Position numbers and translations under genes: made by a program. A DNA stretch of 64,000 nucleotides from positions 118,730,001 through 118,794,000 of the forward strand of contig OZ024745.1 of assembly GCA_964016885.1 (NCBI GenBank). Direction: 5' to 3'. The stretch comes from Eledone cirrhosa (taxonomy: Eukaryota). This document shows positions 54,796 to 64,000 of the stretch, piece after piece; the stretch's first letter is position 1, and each line of letters opens with the position of its first letter. Below the pieces are notes generated by a model. It was not told the DNA's origin. It searched no databases and worked only from the letters and a program-made list of their open reading frames with translations.

Positions 54796-55489
54796 GGTCG
54801 GCTGTGCTGTGACCGGGGCGAAAACATTGAAAATGGGATAAAACTAAACAATTTTAACCATAAGCAACCACCCCCAATTCTCGCGCCTCCGTTCGGTGTT
54901 AAGGATCCGATCAAAATTCCAGAACTCTGTCGCAGCGAACAAACTAAAGAATATTGGTCGCTCTTCAGATAACTTTTATTAAGTTTGTCCTATACGTGGC
55001 AGCCCTTGTGGCAAATAAAGTAATTATTTATATTTAATGGTTCAAAGACTTGAAGGTATTTGCGAGATACCAGGTTCGATTCTCCGTAGCGGCCGATGTC
55101 AATTTCTTTTCCCATCTTTAAGGGTATTCACACTATTTTATAAGCTATGTTAATGCATCTCCGCGCATGAGCACATCAATCTCCATATTAAGTTTATATT
55201 TAATATTATAACAGTTTTATGGGAGTTTGTTTAGCGCCAATAGTTAACCTTGTTTCTTACAACACTGTCGTCTGCAAATGTACAATTGTATTTCTTTTTA
55301 TACAACACTAACAGAATGGCCCAGCGTTGCTCGGGATTTGCTCTAGGGTTCTTATATATTTGCTCTATATTTATCCTTATCGAGCCTCGTGAAATAAACA
55401 CGTTTGTTTATATTTTGTTTTTGTGTATGCAAAAATATCTGTATACGAATATATAATTATGAGGTATAAACGTTTGTATATGTATAATA

Positions 55490-55684
55490 AAGCCTTGGCA
55501 AGCTATTTAGAACACTGGTTTAACCGCTTTACTTCCCTCCGAAGAAGAGATATTATCTCGAAAATTAAGGACATTTAAATAAATCTAAGGTAAAACACTA
55601 ATTGTCAACAATATCTTTTGTATTTACATTCTTTATTCTATGTCCATACCTGCATTGTTTTGGCGTTATTATACATATACAAAC

Positions 55685-55686
<2 letters not shown>
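55490..55686 (+). mobile_element. Solo Penelope pseudo-LTR (family of 61245-62400) with an HHR variant at 55536-55570
   Basis: Reverse complement of ~61247-61414; cct-CCGAAGA-a-gagata t tatctc-GAAA-at-TA-agg. Confidence 0.75.
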
Positions 55687-55770
<84 letters not shown>

Positions 55771-55879
55771 CAGATTAAAGTTTAAGCAAAGAATCGCTGC
55801 TTTCAACCTTAATGGGATCTTCTGAAACTAAAAAAATCAATCTGTGAACGCAGAAGTAAATATTTCGTAAAACGTTATA

Positions 55880-55951
<72 letters not shown>

Positions 55952-56059
55952 TATATATATATATATACATACACACACACTATATACATATATATACACA
56001 CACACACATAGAGCGTCTTAATATCGTAATGCAGACAGCCAGACATACAGACAGATATT

Positions 56060-56297
56060 ATAAGGGCGCAACGTTATATTTATGTATCTATCTAAAAAGA
56101 AAGACTAACAATTATAGAGATCGCTAAATCGCCTAATGCGGTCCCTAAGGCATCAAAAATTTGAAATTGTTTTGCTCAAAGCACTCACAGGACCATAAGT
56201 ATTACATATGTAAAGTTTGAAAACAATCGGTTGGGTGGTTCTCGAGTTTTAGGGCGTCAGACAGAGAGACAGACATTCTCTGTTTTAGATATATAGA
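56060..56297 (-). mobile_element. Helitron-like non-autonomous element, 5' end fragment
   Basis: Minus strand starts a|tctatatatctaaaac..tgtctgtc..aaccgattgttttcaaacttt, resembling the start at 25500. Confidence 0.5.
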
Positions 56298-58077
56298 TAA
56301 GATTAGCTTTGTTGTTTCTGGTAGTATTTCATAGCGTTACGTCATATTGTTTTGTTATGTAGTGTGTATATATATGTGCTGTGTAATTGGTATTACATAT
56401 TTGACTGTTGAGTGGAGATTGTCTGGAGTAAATGATGTGTGGATTATATCTATATTATTCTACACAAATGACTATTGTGGTCTAGGTAAAAAACAAAACA
56501 TTTGAATAAAAATAGAACATGCTTTAGATGCGCAGTGAAAACATATCTTTGGCTCTCAACGACCAACAGTCTGGTAGTCTGGTAGTCTGTTAGTAGGTGT
56601 CGCCTAGTTTTAAGACCCAGTCCACCTCCGGTTCTTGGGTCGGATTTAATTGGGAGCAAAGGGAGCAATTGCTCAAGGCCCCTGCAGCGGGGGACACCAG
56701 CAACGGCCGTAATTTAGTTGTGCCCTCTGCTGGGCTTTTTAATTTTATCCCTTTGACAACGAAAACTACATTTTTAACAAAAAGTATCTAGTGTCCTTAC
56801 TGTGAGAAAATTCATCAAATTTTATCAACTTTAGAGACATCAGGTTATTATCAAAACAATATTCTAATAAAATATATTTGATGTCGCTGTGTAAAGTGGT
56901 TGTTTGTGCACAGTGGTTAGGAAGAGCATCCAGGCATAGAAACCATGCCAAATATGAAATGTATGAGCAAGATGAGGTCACTCAGATATGTCTGGTCTCT
57001 GTGACAACCTGTCAAACACGTGCAATTGTGGAAAGTGGGCGTAAAATGAGGATAGTTAACATTTTTTTAATTGTATATATAACTTTTCAATTCTTACTTG
57101 GGCTAGCCGACTTTGATATGTAAAATTGCGGGTTTGGTGTTATTCTATTGTGTGTGTGTGAGTGTGTGTGTGTGTGTGTCCTCCCCCCGAAACCTGAAGT
57201 GACCTAGAACGTCTACATCCGCCCTGTCTGGTTCTATGAGTTTTTGGTGTTATCATGGCAATGTATTGGTGTAATTGTTAGAGCGTGATGCCTTGCGGTA
57301 TTTCTTCCGACCGTTTACTTACTTGACGGTAATGTTTGCGATGACTCTGACGCCAAACCGCAGCAGTTCGCTGGTCTTTCGTTAGACAGCATTGGGGCGT
57401 ACATATAGGGGACATGCATGCGTGGGAAACTACTGATTTTCTCCCAGAACAAAACTATTGCCCAGGAGGCCTGCACCTCGAATGGGAACATTTGAGGTGA
57501 GATATACAGAGACCCTATGTATCAGGTATCGATTATGTCAGAGTATGTGTTATTTTATTGGGTGGTGATTGCTTAGAGTCAGTAGTGTAGGGATGGGAGG
57601 TTTGACTCGGGTGGTGCATTTTGGTTTAAGTATGTTTGATGTGTATTGTGTCTATTTAATTTGGAAGAGGAGTGGAAAACTCAAGGGCCGTCCGGGGTGG
57701 CACACATTCTAGCTACGACACAACATAGAGTTGTTTGTGTGTTATTGTTATTATAGTGACTTCTAGTATAGGCACAATGCCAGTAATTTGGGGGAAGGGA
57801 AAGTCGATTAAATCGACCCCAGTACGTTACTGGTGCTTTATTTTATCTACCCCGTAAAGATGAAAGGCAAAGTTAACCTCGACGAGGTTTGAACTCAAAC
57901 TGTAAAGGAGCATAACTCTATGCTGCAAAACATGGTGTCCGACTCTCTACCGAATCTGCCAATCCACCGCCCTCTGTTATTGTTATAATAATATAATTAA
58001 TGTTATGTTAATATAAATAAAGAAATAAAGAAAGAAACAAACAAATATTATTATTATCGCTACGGCGATAATAATAT

Positions 58078-58700
58078 TGGCGGTGAATTGGCAGTATCGG
58101 TAGAGGGTTGGACGCCATGCTTTTTAGCATAGTTACGTCCCTTTACAGTCTGAGTTCAAATCCCGCCGAGGTTAACTTTGCCTTTCATCCTTACGGGGTC
58201 GATAAAATAAAGTACCAGTAACGTACTGGGTTATTGCTGGCCTTGTGCCTAAAGTAGAAACAATTATTATCGCTACGGCGGTGGATTGGCAGATCAGTAG
58301 AGTGTCGGGCAATATGCCGTGCAGCATAGAGTTACGTCCCTTAGATTGTGAGTTCAAATCCCACCAAGGTTAGATTTGCCTTTTACGCTTACGGGGCTAA
58401 TAAAATAAAGTACCAGTAACACACTGGGGTCGATTTAATCAACTTCATCTCCTCAGAATTGTTGGCCTTGTACCTAAATCAGAAACCAATATTATAGTTA
58501 GGAGGTCGGTGGATTGGCAGTATCAGTAGAGTCTCGAATAACATGCTTTTCAGCATAGAGTTATGTCCCTTTACATTCCCACCAAAGTTAGCTTTGCCTT
58601 TCATCCTTACGGTGTCAATAAAATAAAGTACCAGTAATGCACTGGGGTCAATTTATTCGACTTTCTTCCTTTCCTAAAATTGCTGGCCTTGTGCTTAAAT
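58078..58700 (+). mobile_element. Three tandem Meta-SINE-like copies, adjacent to an inverted copy at 57760-57972
   Basis: Heads 'gtgrattggcag' at ~58083, 58281 and 58509, each followed by the core. Confidence 0.85.
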
Positions 58701-59050
58701 CATTTGTTTGAGTTTACAGTAGTTTATGTTTTTGTTTTTTTTTGTTATTTTCATCGATACAAGATTCGATAACAGAAGTACCAGGGAAGCTCTGGGGACA
58801 GCTTAATCGATTATGCTATCCCACCCCCTCAAATATAGCAGAGATCAGTTTCTGAAGTTGCTTTACGAGTTTTTTTACCTTTCCACTATTGATAAAATGA
58901 ATCCAATTTAGCCGATTGATTCCTTCCCAAGTCTTTAGATTGGTAAAAGGTAAAGATTGGGAGAAGATATCCTTTCTTTCTACATCTCTCTCCCTCTCTC
59001 ACACACACACACACACGCACTCTCTCTCTCACACACACTCTCTCTCTCAC

Positions 59051-59131
<81 letters not shown>

Positions 59132-59298
59132 ATACAATAACAGAGATAGTTTAAAGCTAAACTCTGACTGGTAACCATCTCACTCAACAAACATTAGGTT
59201 ATATTTTAATATAAACCCAATTTAAGTGTTTCGGGTGTTAACAATATGTATTATGTGGAAAAGCCAGTTGTATTATTTTATGAGATATAATTAAAGTT

Positions 59299-59340
<42 letters not shown>

Positions 59341-59343
<3 letters not shown>

Positions 59344-61056
59344 TGTTGCCAATAAGAAACACACGCACCAGTTGCTTTCACTCCAATTTATTATAAATTA
59401 AATTTATAAATTTAAGAATTTATAAATTTCCGGTTGGTTGGTTGGTTGGTTCCATAACCAGACGGTTGTTCATATATTGTCAAAGTTCTTTCGTCACACA
59501 TTCTGTGACCTCTTCAGTGACTGGGGATTCTTTTCTTTGTTTTTGTGCCTCTCCTTTGTTCTGTCCTACATCATCTTGTTTGTGTGTGTTGCGTGCTTAG
59601 TTTGCGCATGTGTTACATCCGGGTGTCTGTGTGTGTTTATATTTGTTTATTTGTTTATTTGTTTATTTACATGTTACTGGTTGGTTGTTTGTTCTATGTG
59701 AGTGTGTGTTTTCATTTTGACCTTAATTGTAAGTTGTGATGTTGCTATTCCATTCATGTTTTCTATTTAATTTGGTTGGAGTTCATTTATGTTTATTGCC
59801 TCTGTGATTTGTCTAAGCATTGTGTCTTTTCTGTGTGTAGATTCTATTTTTATTTCTATGTTCTCTAATTTGCCCTTATGTTCTATTTTAGCATGTTGGT
59901 GGAGTATTGATGATTCTTTTTTATCTTGAAGTTCTCGCCATTGTTCATTTAATCGTTCTCATATACTACGAGCTGTCTCACCTATGTACACTATATTCTT
60001 ATCTTTACATTGTCCTTCAGTACATCTTATGCTATATACTACATTTCTAGTTTTACAGTTAATATGGGGGCTTAGTTTACAGATTATGCATTTCTTATCT
60101 ATACAGGGAGGTCTTTGAAAAGGGTATGTATTGCTAATGAGTGTTTTTATGGAGGTACCTGGTCTTTCTACTATCTTAATATTAAGTTTATGTTTATCTA
60201 GGGTCCTTCTAAATTTGTAAGCTAATTCACCTCTAGGGGTTGTATTGATGAACAATACACTCTGGTATTTATTGCTATCATACCATGAGTTTATTCTATT
60301 AGCCTTCTGGCTCCTCTATACACTCTGATTTTATCTCTCTGATTGTAACCAGAGAACTGCATACGGTGGATGAAGTGTTGTATGTGTCTCTCTAGTTCTT
60401 TGGGGTTGCACATGCGGGACACGTTCCTCATCACCTGTACCACATCCGCAATCAGTATGTTGATTTTGGTGTGATCCGAAACAGCTGAGTTTCAGTGGAT
60501 CAGATATTTGGAAGTCATGGGTTTGGCATAATGGGAATGGAAGATTTGTTTTTTGTTATTAATGGTTTCTAGCCAGAGCTCTGTGTCTAGTACAGGTAAT
60601 CGATGGTTGGGGTGTTTGCTTGTGTAGTCTATAGTAACTCTAATACTCTGGTGGGTGGAGTTAGCTATTTGCTGGATGTTTTCCATGGTGTTTTTCTTTA
60701 ATTCCTGACTGTTCTCTAGTGGGGTGTTTTTACTACGATGTTTATATCATCAACATAGCGGGAGTACATTATCAGGGTTAAGAGGTTGCTGTCTTCTAAT
60801 TGTTCTTTAAGTTTAAGTTTAAGTTTATTGTCCCACCATACCATGAATAGGTTAGCTATGTCACCTGCAATGCTAACACCAATGGCTGCTCCCTCCTCTT
60901 GGGCATATGTTTTTCCATTAAATTTGAACATATGTTCCTTAAGGGTTAATTTTATACTGGCCCCCACCGCATGTGCAATCATTTTCTTTAGTGCATCGTG
61001 GTTTTCGGGGGTCCGTATGGCTCTGGTCCACCCATTCCATCTTTCTGTGTGGGTTG
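59341..61056 (-). mobile_element. Penelope-like retroelement (Neptune-like), 5'-truncated: RT C-half, thumb, GIY-YIG and 3' pseudo-LTR with HHR variant (59479-59521)
   Basis: 'YAQEEGAAIGVSIAGDIANLFM', 'SRYVDDINI', 'LPVLDTEL', 'CIDKKCIIC' and 'CKTRNVVYSIRC..YIGETARS'; both ends in (TA)n. Confidence 0.92.
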
Positions 61057-61203
61057 TATATATATATTTATATATAATTGGAAATCAGTAAAATCGAATC
61101 TTTGGCGGTTTGCAAGTGAATTCGGCCTACTTATATGAGATGATGAGTTAGTAAAGCACTCGATATATATTTATATATATATATATATATATTTCTGTCT
61201 GGG

Positions 61204-61244
<41 letters not shown>

Positions 61245-61247
<3 letters not shown>

Positions 61248-62400
61248 CAAGACAATGCAGGTATGGATATAGAATATAAATGCAAATGAAAAAGACATTG
61301 TTGACAATTAGTCTTTTACCTTAAATTTATTTAAATATCCTTAATTTTCGAGATAATATCTCTTCTTCGGAGGGAAGTAAAGGGGTTAATCCAGTGTTCT
61401 AATTAGCTTGTCAAGTCATGCTGACAGGAAATGGTATAGAGATTCCATTCTATCTCTAATGTCAAAGAGTGAAGGTTAGGTGGATAAAGAGTTGTCTCCC
61501 TTTAAATGGGGTTTGTACATGTATGTTTAAGTGTGTTGGAGAATATGTGAAGGCGTAAGTATGCGCGCGTGTGTGTGTGTGTGTGTGTGTGAGTGTGAGA
61601 GGATATGTGTATATGTAAATGTGGGGGCTAGATGCTCTATCATGTTAAAACTGGTCTTTGTGTGTGTATGTGTGTGTGAGAGAATAAGTGGAGGTGTAAG
61701 CGTGTGTGTGTGTGTGTGTGTGTGAGAGGGGGTGTAAGTGTGGGGCTAGGTGCTCTATCAAGTTATAAATTGGGTGTTGAGTTCTAGTCTATTATTGATT
61801 GGTGGTTGTGTTTTGTCTATAATCAGTGCCTCCTTAATTCTAAGATTGCTGAGGTTTCTTTCCTTAGCTTCTATTCTAACTGTTGTTTTTGTAGGTGTTT
61901 TTGTATTTCACTAGGTGTTTCTTAAATGAAGAAACGTTAGTATTGAGGTGTTCTTTTATTCTTATGTGGTCTGGTGGTGCTACCTATGTAGAAATTGCTG
62001 CATTTGTCGCACTCTAATCTGTATACGTCATAAGCCTGGTGGCATAGGTCTGTGTCGTTGATGGGGCAGTTGGCTAGCCTGCAGCGGCTGTCCTGTCTGG
62101 TGGACTGTCTTTTGGTTAACCCTCCGCGTAGAGAAGGTCCTGAGTGGGCTAGTTGGATATCTAGTCCCTCTCGTCTGATAGCTTTGCGGATAGCTGTTGT
62201 TGTTTCGTCACTGAAGTGTGGGAGCTTCAGAAAGCAGGTGTTAGTGCCTCGGGTGTGATGTCCTCTGTTGTTTCTCGAAAATTAAGGCTATTTAAAGGAT
62301 ATTTTAAGGTAAAAGACTAATTGTCAACAATATCTTTTGCATTTGCATTTATATTCTATATCCATACCTGCATTGTCTTGGCCTTCCAACTCCAAACGTT
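61245..62400 (-). mobile_element. 5'-truncated Penelope-like element (GIY-YIG remnant ~61820-62270, 3' pseudo-LTR with HHR variant at 61339-61373) capped by an inverted pseudo-LTR (62273-62400)
   Basis: Minus strand reads 'FLKLPHFSD..CRLANCPINDTDLCHQAYDVYRLECDKCSNFYIGSTTR'; 62273-62391 is the reverse complement of ~61247-61353. Confidence 0.85.
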
Positions 62401-63149
62401 TATATATATACATATATATATATATACACACACATATATATACACACACATATATATATATACATATATACATACACACATACATATATATATATATATG
62501 TATGTGTGTATGTATGTGTGTGTGTGTGTATATGGAAGTATAAATATATATCCCACGCAACTGAGCTACACGTACTGTCAGTTTGAGGTGTCTGTCGCAA
62601 CGACGGATATCCATCATCGTATGATACATTCAGCAGTTACAAATATTTTGTTCATTCTTTATTCTCTCTTACTTTCAATATATAAGTTGGAGATGATATG
62701 ATATACAAACTGAATGACATGATATAATAAAGGGAGGGCTCAAACGACATGCAAAGGTACCTGAAATCCAACCTCAGCCGGCTATTGGTACATATTCTTC
62801 ATTGACCATAATTAAATATGGAATGATACGCGATTTCCCCCCCCCCCCCCCCACCCACACACACACAGCCCCGGCGGACAGGATGGAGAAGGCGTTTCCC
62901 CGGAGGGACGGCAAGGAAGACGCGTTGGAAAAGGCACTCCAACTCGTGGGCCTCACACCTGCAGCTATATTTGCTGGAGAAAGTAAGCGAATGTTTGTTG
63001 TGACGTTAACAAATTTACTGATGTTAGCTTGTCAATTAAGTCATATTGTTATGACTAGCAATCGAGACTGTGTCACCGAGTCTGCTCCCCACCACACATA
63101 CCCTCCCCGTGTCCTTTAAGACTCGATGTTTATGTAATTATGTAATGTT

Positions 63150-63193
<44 letters not shown>

Positions 63194-63267
63194 TACACAC
63201 TCTCTCTATACACACACTCATACATACACACTCTCTCTCTCTCACACACACACACATATATATATAT

Positions 63268-63551
<284 letters not shown>

Positions 63552-63581
63552 AGATCAAGAGATGGTTAAAGGAGTTCCATA

Positions 63582-63652
63582 TATTTTATTATGCGCATTT
63601 CAAAAACAAACATCATCAAACAATAATATTTGTGTTTTCATCAGATAAAACA
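63582..63652 (-). ncRNA. Type I hammerhead ribozyme motif (family B)
   Basis: Reverse complement is nearly identical to 31312-31382. Confidence 0.85.
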
Positions 63653-63720
63653 GGAGAACATGATATGAAGGCTAAAAAACACTTGTTGATAGTGCAGTTT
63701 TAAATCAACATATCACCTCC

Positions 63721-63765
<45 letters not shown>

Positions 63766-63839
63766 TGATGGCCTCCAAAAACAACGGTCAATTTTTAAAA
63801 GGGTACGTCAATGTCTATTGATAAAACTGTTATATATTG

Positions 63840-63904
63840 TATTTTGTCTGATGAAGGCATACCATAATGTAACTTGGTATCCTTGAAATATATATAATGA
63901 AATA
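63840..63904 (+). ncRNA. Type I hammerhead ribozyme motif (family A, divergent)
   Basis: tattttgt-CTGATGA-aggcatacca..tggtatcctt-GAAA-tatata-TA-atgaaata, followed by the same tail as the 11586 and 13631 copies. Confidence 0.8.
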
Positions 63905-63948
63905 AATATGGTTTTATAAATATAGTTTCCATTTATTAATACCGTATA

Positions 63949-64000
<52 letters not shown>

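Overview
AT-rich, microsatellite-saturated animal genomic DNA. The SINE repertoire and the (TA)n/(TATG)n load suggest an octopus (inference). No host protein-coding gene can be supported, and the long ORFs in the track are translated simple repeats. The real content is mobile DNA: several RTE LINE pieces, three decayed Penelope-like elements (two retaining RT plus GIY-YIG), a Tc1/mariner-superfamily transposase relic, Helitron pieces, TTAA-flanked MITEs and many tRNA-headed SINEs. The unexplained short islands between (TA)n tracts carry type I minimal hammerhead ribozyme (HHR) motifs: about 15 readable copies in several families, often as fold-back inverted repeats. The best case is a nearly unmutated 466-bp non-coding, hairpin-rich unit at 19376-20472, present as ~1.46 head-to-tail copies plus an inverted arm. 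It has the hallmarks of a retrozyme (a circular-RNA-derived, Penelope-mobilised element). All ribozyme calls come from manual base-pair reading; no activity or database search was possible. There is a 200-N assembly gap at 20657-20856.
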